The notes under the pieces were generated by a model that had not been told where the DNA came from, did not search any database, and saw only the letters and a list, made by a program, of their open reading frames with translations. Below are positions 10,555-21,646 of a stretch of DNA of 64,000 nt, one piece after another (positions within the stretch are counted from its first letter, which is position 1; each line of letters starts with the position of its first letter). Position numbers and translations under genes: made by a program. The DNA comes from an uncultured Candidatus Peribacteria bacterium (lineage in GTDB: Bacteria > Patescibacteriota > Gracilibacteria > BD1-5 > UBA2023), in the NCBI GenBank assembly GCA_964596675.1, contig CAZQUZ010000005.1, positions 16,875-80,874 on the forward strand. The letters run 5' to 3'.

Positions 10555-11661
10555 TTACTCGAAAATAGCTTCGAAAAATCACTTTCCTGCTTTTTTGCCA
10601 CCCTGGAGCTCGAGGAGTGCGATGTAGAGTTTTTTCTCATCGCTCGAGAGTCGTGTCGGTACATCGATGATATAGTGTATGATGAGGCTTCACTTTGCTC
10701 ACTTGCGGTCAAGTCGTGGGACTCACTCATCCCTGAACTCGAGTGTATCGCCACCCTGCGTGCCATGTTTTATATCGAGGACCTTTTTGCCGATAATAGG
10801 TATCTCGAGCGTTTTTTCACAGCCGAGAGCCGCCTCTGCAGGAGATATCTTCACACTATAGTGGAGTGTATGTCCATCTCGCTCGAGACCTCACTCGCGC
10901 TCAGGCACCTCGAAGCTCACATAGAGATCTCAGGCTCCATCGCGTCCGCCGTGTCATTCACCGCGCATTTTTATACTCATACCATCTTCGATCCCACCAG
11001 GGATTTCGATATCTTTTTTTATGAGAATATCAGTATATTTTTTGCCATGACAGGTGCCACACTTTTCGACTATCTTCTGACCTGTACCTCCACAGTGACT
11101 ACACGCACGCTCTTGTTCCATAGTACCAAATACTGTCTGTACTCGTTCACGTACACGACCACTCCCACGACACTGTTCACAGGTCGTTGTCGTGCCTCAC
11201 TTGCCACCGCATGACTCACATGGAGTACGACGCTTAAACTCGACTTTACGATTATTGCCACGTATCGCATCCTCGAGCGATATACTCATACGAATCTCGA
11301 TATCGTCTCCGATATCTGCCCGCGCGCGTGTACGACCGCCTCATCCAAATCCTCCACCGAAAAACTGAGAAAAAATATCACCCAGATCACCCGCATCGAA
11401 TCCTCACTGAAATCCTCATCCAAATCCTCCCATCCCGCCCATACCCTCGGTCGTCCCGAATCGGTCATAGTGAGCCTTTTTTTGCTCGTCAGAGAGTGTC
11501 GCATAGGCTTCGTTTATCTTCTTAAACTCGGCTTCTTTGCCCTTATCTCCACCGTGTCTATCAGGATGGACTTCCATCGCCTTTTTCTTATAGGCGCGCT
11601 TTATCTCATCGGCACTGGCAGTGCGTTCTATTTCGAGGAGGGAGTAGTATTCGTATTGCAT
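10555..11661 (-). CDS. dnaJ: co-chaperone DnaJ
   Basis: J domain with HPD (track ORF 11416..11661), a G/F-rich region with several TGA-encoded Gly, four CxxCxGxG zinc-finger repeats, and a C-terminal domain. TAA at 10555-10557. Confidence 0.95.
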
Positions 11662-11680
11662 AAATTATAGAAAAAGACAT

Positions 11681-11728
11681 AGACATAGTGCATAGAATAA
11701 AATTTTTCTATGTCTATGCACTATGTCT
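11681..11728. terminator. 16-bp perfect palindromic hairpin between trxA and dnaJ
   Basis: agacatagtgcataga / tctatgcactatgtct arms with a 16-nt spacer. It may be the trxA terminator, a dnaJ operator, or both. Confidence 0.45.
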
Positions 11729-11740
11729 AGTGATTTGTGA

Positions 11741-12058
11741 TTAAACGTGTTTTGCGATAGCAGATTCGAGGGTCGCTACATCCTGTACACCGACGAATTT
11801 CTCGACGGGCTGTCCATCCTTAAATACGATAATCGTCGGGATAGACATGATGCGGAACTGGCTCGGCGTCGTGGCAAAATCATCTACATTATGCTTCATG
11901 ACTTTTGCCTTGCCATCGACCTTGCTCGCGAGCTCTTCGAGGCGAGGGAGCATCATCTGACATGGGCCACACCACTCAGCCCAGAAATCCACGAGTGTCA
12001 CGCCAGAGGCAATATTCGCAGAGAAGTCAGCATCGGTAGAAATAGCTATAGAAGACAT
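11741..12058 (-). CDS. trxA: thioredoxin
   Basis: Intact track ORF of 105 aa with the WCGPC active site. Confidence 0.95.
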   Translation of the reverse strand: MSSIAISTDADFSANIASGVTLVDFWAEWCGPCQMMLPRLEELASKVDGKAKVMKHNVDDFATTPSQFRIMSIPTIIVFKDGQPVEKFVGVQDVATLESAIAKHV

Positions 12059-12171
12059 AAAAAATAGTATAAAGTATAAAATGAAAAAGTATAAAGTAGA
12101 TTACTTTAATTTTCGACAGTATATAAAATTCTCTACGAATTGCAAGATAAATAGTGAGAATAGTTCTCATA

Positions 12172-12208
12172 ATAAAAAAATCCTCCCATACTGTAATTAT
12201 GAGAGGAT
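12172..12208 (-). terminator. hairpin terminator
   Basis: atcctcccat...atgagaggat hairpin with a minus-strand T-run, after the DUF378 gene. Confidence 0.55.
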
Positions 12209-12221
12209 AATGCGAGATGTA

Positions 12222-12419
12222 TTATTTTTTCTTACCACAACACCAGTTATATGCCTCATAGAGAGCAGCGAGACCCACGAGGATATAAACGACATTTTCG
12301 ACCATAGGCCATGCACCGACGAGAGTATTTACCAGATTAAACTGAAATGCTCCCACGAGTCCCCAGTTCAAACCTCCGACGATTACGAGTAGCCGAGCGA
12401 GCAAGTTCACAGTAGCCAT
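12222..12419 (-). CDS. DUF378 family small membrane protein
   Basis: Track ORF of 65 aa. GGLNWGLVGAF..NLV is the characteristic DUF378 core. Confidence 0.8.
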   Translation of the reverse strand: MATVNLLARLLVIVGGLNWGLVGAFQFNLVNTLVGAWPMVENVVYILVGLAALYEAYNWCCGKKK

Positions 12420-12479
12420 ATGAGAAAAGAAAAGGATAAAATGTGCTATGCACTGAGTGATTTTATTCTTTTTGCAAAA

Positions 12480-13052
12480 TTATGCAAGAGCACCTATGAT
12501 ATGGTTTTTTTCGAGTATCATGATACTGTCATCAGTATCTGTTTTTTCGAGTGTATATGGAATACATTTCTCATCGAGGAATGTATAGAGATTCTCCATC
12601 TTATCACGAAATTTCTCGACATCATCGATGACTATGAGAGCATCCTCTGTCATCTTCGGGAGTGAGAGGAGCAGGTAGTCTAAGTACTCTCGCTTCATCG
12701 CATCGATAAATACAAAGTCGAAATATCCATCACAGAGTGTCGGTATCACGGACTTCGCATCTCACCACAGAGCATGTATATTTTTACACTTACAGCGCGA
12801 AAAATGCTCGACAGCTTCGATATGCGCATTCCATGCGTATTCGATAGTAGTGATGGTCGTATCTGGAGCGACACTCGCGAACTGGAGAGTCGAGTATCCA
12901 TTCGCAGTACCGATCTCGAGGATATTATTCGGCCTTTTCTCTTTTATGAGATGCTTGAGAAATAGAGCATTTTGCTCGGAGATATTTGGTATCTTTCGTT
13001 CGAGAGAGGAGATTTTGAGCTGGCGGAGGTAGGGGAGGATGGGATTTTGCAT
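12480..13052 (-). CDS. class I SAM-dependent O-methyltransferase (family 3 like)
   Basis: Track ORFs 12762..13052 and 12480..12749 join through TGA 12762. Contains the ILEIGTANGYST SAM-binding motif and DFVFIDA. Confidence 0.85.
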
Positions 13053-13181
13053 AGTGCTCTATATTTTGGATGGGATAAAGTCATATCGAGAGCATCTTTA
13101 TAGTGCATACTCAAACTCCCCGATAGATAAATTAACCTATAGAGATAGTGTATATGTTTTTTTGTAAAGTAAAGAAGACTA

Positions 13182-16100
13182 CTATTTCTGCATAGTATTG
13201 TATGACTGCCAGAGACTATTTTTATCGACTAGTTTTGCTGATTCGGAGAGTTTGATGATGAGGTCGGATAATTTCTTTATGATTGTATTTACTTCGGTAA
13301 CATCTTTCAAATTCATCAGGTTCGAATATATCGCAGATCAATTGCTGTAGTTTCATACCTCATCCATCATATCTCTATGATGCTCCAGTATTTTATAGTC
13401 TCATTCTGTCATCGTGAGAAATCTTCCGATATGCACTGAGGTAAACGCATCTTTTAGTATGTCTTCCAGTTTTTTTGGATTTCATATTGACTCGCGTATA
13501 ACCATTCTCATGATGTCGTATAGTTTTATCTGCAGGACGCTATTCATATATTTCTCTGTAAATAGTAGACTACTTATAATATGTACGTCTTCCAAAATTT
13601 GGATTGCATTACTATATGGTGCTATTATGTCATCATTCTGAATATCGGTGAGAGATTTTTTGACGACCCCTATCTGACTCGTTAATAGCGTCTGATATTT
13701 TTGTAGATTTTTCACTCATCGAGCTTTCTTGCGTTTATCATGTGATTGTATTTGTTCCATAATTTTCTGGAATTTTTCAGAATCTTCATGGTTCAATTCT
13801 CAGAAATACTTATCTTTTTCAGCATTTTGCAGTACTTTTGGTGTGATATGCATAGAATTCCCAGTAGTGATTCTATGTAACAATGACTGCATGTGCTCAA
13901 GTCGCACTTTATACTCTTTCTTTTTATTCCCTATAGATTTTAGTGCTCTCGTCATGGTTTTTTGATCTTCAGGAGCCATGCTTTGTATCTTTTTGATATT
14001 TTCTCATATACCCACATATGCACTTAATAATTTTGGAGACTTAGAATCCGAAAGTGCATCAATATCTCGTGTAAGTCCATATACCCCAATTTCTTCGAGT
14101 GATATGGGTCGATTGTAGTGCTTAATCATTCATAAGAGGCGTGCAAATTCTTGTTTTTTAAGAGATAACTCCATATCTTCTTTTGCGTCTACTACGAGAG
14201 TTTCTGTCATATTTGGTATGGATTGCACGGATTTTTTCATGACTCCATGTATGCGGAAGTCCCGAATATGTGGCTCTGAAGCATCTTGGAATCGGCTTAA
14301 TAAATCAGAATCATGAGAAAAACGAGCTTCGGTCTTAATAAGAGCATCAGGATCTATCCTGTATAAATCATATTTTTCTATGAATTGTTTTAATAATTCA
14401 GCAAAATGTGCTCGCCATGTATCATCCTTATCTTTGATATAATCAGCAATGCTTTTATTCCTTTCAAATAGAAACGGTATCAAGCAATATTGAAGATAAT
14501 ACTGTTGAGCTGCCTCATAGGAAGCATGTTCTACTTTATGAAATTCCTCACTCAGAGAATTATAGGGTTGCATAATTTCACGCGCTGACACTTGTTTTAC
14601 ATCCCAGGCTGGATTTTTAGTTTGGATTTTACTGTATAGTTTCGTATCTCATGATTTTTGGTGTGTATTTGAGTTTTGTGCAGCAGATGATTTGGGATGT
14701 AATATAAATTCTTCTGTTCCATACGCGGCGTTCATTATAGATACTTCTCGAATGAGATCCTCGTTAATTTCTATAAAGTTTGTTCCGATATGAAAATTAT
14801 CACGTTCATCATTTGATATGATAATAAACGGACTCATGATATAGAGTTTTTTATCTATGGGCTGTATGACCGATACATTCCCTTGTATAAATCATTCTAT
14901 ATTTTTTATTCATGTGTGCATATAAAATTTACGAGAATGCTTGTCATAGGCGTAAACTTGATTGAGTGAACCAGAGGTGAGGGCTAATTTTTTCTTATAC
15001 GTATCATTTGAGCTATTAAGCGAGAATCATGATGCACTCAATTTTTCGCGTAACTTAAAAATCATGTCGTCAATCTCTTTGATTTTTTTATTTTTTAACC
15101 CAATTTTAGTGAGATCGATAATCTCATATACTTTTGCAGTGCCTTTTCTGTCCATGAAATCCTTGATTTCATCTGGATTAATGCCATTTTCAGTAAAAAA
15201 TGAAATCATTTTCGATGAGAGCGTAGTGCTGGTAACTATATCGAGTAAGGTCACGTATGCTCAGAGATCTGAGTTATATACACCAGTTTCGAGTAATCCC
15301 TTCCATCGATCTTCTTTCGAGGTAAATCCCTTTTTCGATAAAATAGCTACAAATGGAATGATATCAGTAAGACAGTCTTGCTCAATTGCTTCATACAGCA
15401 TTCTGGCATGTTCTATATTTACTGGGAATTTAATGAGCTCATTTCAAAGGGTTGTTAATTTATTGTCTTGAGTGAGTGCCCCGAGTGTCCGTAATTTTTC
15501 CAGCGCAAATTCAAAGAGAGTTATGTCAACAGAATGAAAGAATGGGGCACGATTTTCATCATCACCTTCATATATTAATCGAATAATATCTACTCATTGA
15601 GAGAGAAAAATAAGAATCTCTCTCTCAATCATTTCTCGTTCTAGTGGTGCTTCCGGAAAGGCTTTTAAATCTTTTGATGGAGTATTATTGAAGCGTTTAA
15701 AGATTCCAGGTTTGGTCCTACCACTTCTCCCGGCGCGCTGTTTTTCATTCGCGAGAGATGTCTCCTCTACGCCGAGCATCGGTATACCATATTCATTATA
15801 TCGTAAGACTTTTTGTTCCCCAGTACTGATCACAAAATCGATGTAATCTATCGTAATGCTTTCTTCTGCTACGTTTGTCGATACGATAATACGCGGTTTT
15901 TTCGAAGTATTTTTGAGTATCGCATCTTGTTCAGCACGTGTGAGCTCTGAGTGTAGCGGAAATGTTTCGACAAGATTCCCGAATTTGCGCTGTATTTCCT
16001 GAATATGAGACTCGATTTCTTTTTTCCCAGATACAAAGAAAAGAGTATTATGTTTCGCTTTTATCGCACTATCGAGTGCATCGAGATAATCTCCACTTGC

Positions 16101-16793
16101 ATCATAGTCACTCTTAACTCCAAATGTTCTGCCAGGAATTTTAATAATAGGGATATCTTTGCTAACGTCCTTAAAATATTCTTGCACTAACTCAATATTG
16201 AGAGTTGCCGATGAAATAACGAGCTTCATCGCTTTGTGTCTATATTTTTTTTGCAGTAAAAATGAGCGAGCTTCATATGCAAGTGTTTCGGTCGGAATTT
16301 GATAATTATGAAACTCATCCAATATCAGCACATCTGGATGGATATGAGCCATCGATTGGCGCAAATATTCAGTACCATCCGTATTAAATAATAATTTTGA
16401 CCGATGTGAACTGAGTTGCTCTTGTCATGTTCTATATCATACGATTTCACCTATAGAATAATCTGGATCTCCTGTTTCAATAAGTAATTCTTGTGAGACT
16501 CGGTGTGCATTTGATTTTGCCGCCAGTACTCGTGGTTGGGTGACGACGATATTTTTATTGGGATACTTTTGGTGTATAGATTTGGGAAGTTGTGTTGTTT
16601 TTCCGCTCCCAGTTTCTCATTCTACGATGACGATAGGGTTTTCATCTAGGGTTTTTAGAAATTTTTCTATATGTTCTCGTGCAGGGAGGCTGTATACTAC
16701 TTCCAGCGTTCTCATCGCTTCTTTCGATGAAATAATATTCCCGTATATATCTATAATCGATCCATCTTCCTGTCTACCAGATTTATGTAACAT
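13182..16793 (-). CDS. DEAH-box helicase (HrpA/HrpB-like core) with long unrecognised C-terminal region, 1203 aa
   Basis: Five track ORFs (13482..13715, 14130..14591, 14649..14837, 15027..15254, 15594..16364) share one frame. Joined through about 14 TGA they run from ATG 16793 to TAG 13182-13184. Motifs: GETGSGKTTQLP, DEFH, SAT, TNVAEESITI, QRAGRSGR, then an HA2-like segment. Confidence 0.85.
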
Positions 16794-16861
16794 ATAATAT
16801 ATATTTGAAAATAGTATATATTAATGTATAAGAATATTTTTAATTATTACAATACTTTTTT

Positions 16862-18823
16862 TTATTTCATCCACTCTTCTATATCTTCTCGTATCTCAGA
16901 AATGAGTCCCACGTCACGCAGATCTGCGAAGTGAAAGTCTGGTACTCATGACTGCCGGACGCCATATACCTCACCAGGTCATCTGAGTTCGAGGTCTATC
17001 TCTGCGAGTTCGAAGCCATCCGTTGTTTTTTCCATAGCCTTCAGTCTATCTGATTTATACTCCTTGGTCGTGAAGAGATAGCAGTACGACTGGTCATCAC
17101 CACGGCCGACACGTCCACGGAACTGATGAAGCTGCGACAGCCCAAATCTTTCTGCCGCCTCGATACACATCACCGTAGCATTCGGATTATTCACACCGAC
17201 TTCGACGACAGAGGTGGAGGAGAGGATATGTATCTTATTCTCATAAAATTCCTGCATGATGCGGTCTTTTTCCTTTCCGCTCATTTTTCCATGGATGAGT
17301 CCGATCGTGAGCCGTGGAAATACGCTCGAGAGCGTTATCTGCATCTCGACGGCACTCGATACCTCGAGCGTCTCAGACTCCTCGACGAGAGGGGATATCC
17401 AGTATACCTGCCGTCATTGACGGACTTCCTCCTCGATAAATCGATACACCTCCACGCGCTGATCTTCTCGTATCACTCGTGTGTGGATAGGCTTGCGCCC
17501 GACAGGATACTCATCGAGCACACTGACATCCTGGTCGCCGTATATCGTGAGAGCAAGGGTACGCGGGATAGGGGTCGCAGACATATTCAGTCTATGGGGC
17601 ACTATCTTCGACCGACTACAGTACTCTTCCAGGATTTTTCGCTGTTCCACACCGAATCTATGCTGCTCATCCACGACCACGAATCCGAGATTCGCGAATG
17701 CGACAGAGTCCTGGATGAGGGCATGCGTACCGAATACGATATCTGTCTGGCCACTTTTCAGTCTCTCGCGAGCATCTTCTTTCATGCGAGGGGTGAGTGA
17801 GCCGACGAGGAGGTCTGAGCGGATTCACCATTCCATGAGCCAGGTTTCATTGCCTGCGAAATGCTGTCGCGCGAGTATCTCCGTCGGCGCCATGATAGCG
17901 ACCTGGATGCCCTTACCGCGTATCGCATGTATGGCAGTGATGAGTGCGACAATCGTCTTCCCAGTGCCGACATCTCCCTGGAGGAGGCGTGCCATCGCAT
18001 GTGGTGCTTCCATATCTTTGAGGATTTGGAAGAGGACGATTTTTTGCTTATTCGTGAGGGGAAATGGGAGAGTAGCGATAATCTCCTTTATGAGCTCGGT
18101 ATCGAGGGATATCTGTGGTGCGAGTCCTGCGCTCGCGGTCTGGAGGGCGTGTTTGCGCTCGACTCCCACCATCTGGAATCGGAATAATTCTCCATACCCG
18201 AGCTCATGCTTCGCACGCTCGAAAGCCTCTACCGACGCAGGAAAGTGTATATCGCGAATATTCGCATTTTTCTCTCTGAGTCATTTTTTCTTTCGGATTT
18301 CGAGAGGGATATCATCTTCTATCGTCTCGAGAAATGATTTTAGATAACTCATCTTCTCACGTATCCAGCTACCGGGGATATAGTTCACATCACTGTATAC
18401 GGGCATGATCTCCTGGCGTTTTTCTCTATAGTGCTCGATCTCAGCACTCGGAAAAGAGAGTCGTCCATATTCGTACTTCGCCTTACCGAATATAAGTACC
18501 GTATCTCCACTCGCGAACTTCGAGAGTATCATACGCTGATTAAACCATACTGCCTCAGCATGTATACCATCCGAGTCGGTGAGGACAGCCTTTATGAGGA
18601 GTTTTTTATTTCGAGTCATCTCGTTCGTGAGGAGCTCTATCTTACACTTTATGGCTCGTTTCTCAGTGATATCGACGAGTGAGAACTGCGTCATGACATC
18701 ACTCTTATCCTCGTACTCACGCGGAAAGAGCGAGAGAAAGTCGAGCGCTGTCTCTATGCCCGCTTCCTTTAGCTTCTTTATGTATGTGTCCGTCGTATGG
18801 AGGAGTGACTTCGTGAGCTGCAT
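16862..18823 (-). CDS. recG: ATP-dependent DNA helicase RecG
   Basis: Track ORFs 16979..17344, 17414..17785, 17825..18172 and 18281..18823 are in one frame. It has a wedge/OB N-terminus plus GDVGTGKT, DEQHRFG, a TATPIPRT-like motif and QLHQFRGRVGRG. Confidence 0.93.
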
Positions 18824-18871
18824 ACCACGATGATAGAAAAATTCGGCGAAAAAGCAAAAAATCAGGCAAAA

Positions 18872-18895
18872 TGAAAACCCAGCATGAGCTGGGTT
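18872..18895 (-). terminator. hairpin terminator (copy 1 of a repeated terminator)
   Basis: aacccagc-atga-gctgggtt hairpin. A near-identical hairpin is at 19296-19317. Confidence 0.55.
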
Positions 18896-18914
18896 ATAAA
18901 AAGAAAAAACTATG

Positions 18915-19178
18915 CTAGACTATGTATTTATGAGATAATCCACCTAAGGTTTGATATTTGGATTTCAAGTACTGAGATAGCTCTTGATTGATGTATTTTT
19001 GGTTTTTTGCTATCCAAAATGCAAATCGTTTGATATTGAAGTGTGCGATTTGCTCCACACTTTCGATGGTTAATCTTGTAAACATTCGAATGCCATGAAA
19101 TTTTTTTCGCATTTCTTCATCGAATCCTTTTCGTTCTTGAAGTTGTATTTTGGTTGGTTTTTGTTTTACTTGCGCCAT
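18915..19178 (-). CDS. small basic hypothetical protein (87 aa)
   Basis: Track ORF 18915..19199. The ATG at 19178 (MAQVKQK) is preferred because GGGAGAAG lies 5 nt upstream and the extra 7 codons fall inside the conserved leader. Confidence 0.5.
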   Translation of the reverse strand: MAQVKQKPTKIQLQERKGFDEEMRKKFHGIRMFTRLTIESVEQIAHFNIKRFAFWIAKNQKYINQELSQYLKSKYQTLGGLSHKYIV

Positions 19179-19250
19179 ATTTGCTTCTCCCGAAATCATA
19201 TCCGATACTTCAGCACAGAGCGGGATGCTCTGACTTGCAGGATATGATTT
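19179..19250 (-). promoter_or_regulatory. conserved structured 5' leader, copy 1
   Basis: About 70 nt that is nearly identical to 19674..19746. The outer stem is CATATCC/GGATATG and the inner hairpin is CAGAGC-ATCCC-GCTCTG. TTGACA-N16-TATATT lies just upstream (19255-19282). Confidence 0.5.
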
Positions 19251-19290
19251 GAGTAATATAGATTTTCTTATGTTTTTGTCAATTTTTTTT

Positions 19291-19317
19291 AAAATAAACC
19301 CAGCGTGAGCTGGGTTT
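19291..19317 (-). terminator. hairpin terminator (copy 2)
   Basis: aaacccagc-gtga-gctgggttt hairpin. Confidence 0.55.
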
Positions 19318-19364
19318 CGTTGGTGAGAGGAATTCGCCTTTCTATGAAAAACGAATTCCAGTAT

Positions 19365-19673
19365 TTATGCTGCGAGTAATTCCATACTTCGGAAATGAAT
19401 CGGTCTTTCTTTTCCAGGAGCTTTTCCATGAGCAAGGACTGTTCCACTACGCTCAACTACTCGTATATTCGCGACGGGAATTTGTGTAGGCTTGGGCAGT
19501 GCTGGCGTGAGATTAGTGTGACCTGCGCGTTTTTTATTTGGTACATCCACCTTTTTTGTATCGACTGCTTTTGGCTTTTTGTTTCTCCTATCTTGGGCTA
19601 GCTTGGCTGAGCGCTCGATACGAGATTTTTTTTGGATTGGCTCTTCTGTTATTTGTTGGCCTATAGTTGTCAT
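19365..19673 (-). CDS. small basic hypothetical protein (102 aa)
   Basis: Track ORF 19365..19694. The ATG at 19673 (MTTIGQQ) is preferred, with GGAGAAAA upstream. The protein is Lys-rich and not similar to the 18915 product. Confidence 0.5.
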   Translation of the reverse strand: MTTIGQQITEEPIQKKSRIERSAKLAQDRRNKKPKAVDTKKVDVPNKKRAGHTNLTPALPKPTQIPVANIRVVERSGTVLAHGKAPGKERPIHFRSMELLAA

Positions 19674-19746
19674 ATTTGTTTTCTCCGAAATCATATCCGA
19701 ATGTCTTCGACACAGAGCGGGATGCTCTGATCTGCAGGATGTGACC
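19674..19746 (-). promoter_or_regulatory. conserved structured 5' leader, copy 2
   Basis: Same motif as 19179..19250. A TTGACA box is at 19774-19779 (minus strand). Confidence 0.5.
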
Positions 19747-19804
19747 TACTAAAATTAATCAATTTTAGTAATTTGTCAATAATTTCTCTATAGAATCATG
19801 ATAA

Positions 19805-20959
19805 TTATGAATGACTCTTATATTCTCACCTTAATTTTGCCTGCATATTTTGTAATTCCTCTATATAGGAATCTATTATATCAATCTTTTCATGATTCGA
19901 TATACCAGAGAAGTTCTGTATCTTGCTGATAAGTGTATTATGAATATGTCATACTGATGTAATATGTTTTATGCTTTTTATGGACTCATCGAATCGAATC
20001 AATTTTCACTCATCAGATTTATAGAATTTTGCTTCATTTTCAGCTTTCTTGAGTACATGTTCATAACTTTCTCCAGCTTCTCGTATGGCTGTTCCCCAGC
20101 TCAGTCTAAAAGTATAATCCATGCTTTCGAGAAGCAGGGCCTTGTCTTTATATTTAGGGGCTAATCATTTATTGGTACTTTCGACTATTTGGATTAGCCT
20201 TTTTGCCATATTATCGAGACTGTCTTTTGTCATTTTTTCTTTACTCATCTCATCATAGCGTATAAGTACGATAAACTCATCTCCACCTATACGAATTATT
20301 TCATCTCATTCTCTATGAAAAACCTCTCAGAGGAGATTGGCCATGAGTTGTATCATCTGATCTCAGATAATTTGTCAAAAACGATTATTTACACTTTTTA
20401 GATTATCTGCATCGGCGAATAGTATCGCATAGTGTGCATTCGGATCATTATCAAGATTTGTTATTATTTTTTTATAACGAAGATCATTGGATACGTTCGT
20501 GAGAGCGTCTTTATGCATCTCTATGATATTTGAGATAGTATCTATGATATTCTTACTTTTTCATCTGAGTATATTTTTTAGTATATCATAGTGTAAAAAC
20601 TCTTTTACCCCGGTTATGAGAAGTATATGCTTTTTATCCTGTATGTAGATGCCACCATCTCCTAGAAAAAATGTATCATCGGTATGTAAAAGCTTATTTT
20701 TATCACTCTGAGGGAGAGTGACGACAGTACGATGATGATAATATGTACCATCTACATTCTTGAGTAAGTATATGGAGCTATTTTTGATACTTTTCCTTAA
20801 AAGTGATTCAGCATTTTGTATAAAAGAGTGTATATCAGGATGATCTGACACAATTAGGGCTGCATCTATTCTTTTATGCATCACATGAACGAGTGTAGAT
20901 GAAGAATCTTCATTCAGTTCCCGAATTCCCATAGGATGTTGCACATTTAGTCCTTTCAT
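19805..20959 (-). CDS. GGDEF-domain diguanylate cyclase with unknown N-terminal domain (384 aa)
   Basis: Track ORF 20561..20959 continues through about 9 TGA to TAA 19805-19807. Motifs: ILFADADNLKSVNNRFG, RIGGDEFIVLI, SWGTA. Confidence 0.85.
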
Positions 20960-21056
20960 TTTTTATATTTTACATTCTTTTTATTATATTGCAAATCAAT
21001 TTTTGATTGTTTTTTTGAAGTAAAAAAATATACTTCCTTATATTATAATATATACT

Positions 21057-21638
21057 ATGCAATTTACACTTCCCACTCTTCCATACGCTCTCGATGCACT
21101 CGAACCATATATCTCTCGCGAAACTCTCGAATATCATTATGGAAAACATCATCAAACGTATGTAGATAATTTAAATAAACTTGTACCGAGTACTGAGTAT
21201 GAGTGATTCACTCTTGAAAAAATTATACAAAAAGCTCCAGCAGGTGGCATTTTTAATAATGCTGCCCAAATCTGGAATCATACATTTTACTTCGAATCAC
21301 TGGCACCATCAGCGCATCATATACCATCAAAATCTCTGTATGATGCTATCGATACTCGGTGGGGAAGTATGGATACCTTTATGGCAGAGTTCTCTCGTAT
21401 GGCGCTCGCGAACTTCGGCTCTGGATGGACATGGCTCGTGAAGAAATCTGATGGTACACTCGATATCATCTCGACAACTGGTGCTGGCACTCCACTCACG
21501 ACCGATGATATCGCCCTCCTTACGTGCGATGTTTGGGAGCATGCCTACTATATCGACTATAGAAATGCTCGTGCGAAGTATCTCGAGAACTTCTGGAAAG
21601 TAGTAGACTGGAATACTGTCAGTGGACGCTATGAATAA
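21057..21638 (+). CDS. sodB: Fe-type superoxide dismutase
   Basis: ATG 21057, joined in frame to track ORF 21369..21638 through one TGA. Motifs: [39 protein letters not shown]. Confidence 0.93.
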
Positions 21639-21646
21639 GGGAAAGA

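Noticed and set aside
17126-18347. Plus-strand ORFs of 224 and 288 aa (17126..17800, 17481..18347)
   Set aside because: They are antisense to recG. Their composition is low-complexity and Arg/Ser-rich, and no motifs are present.
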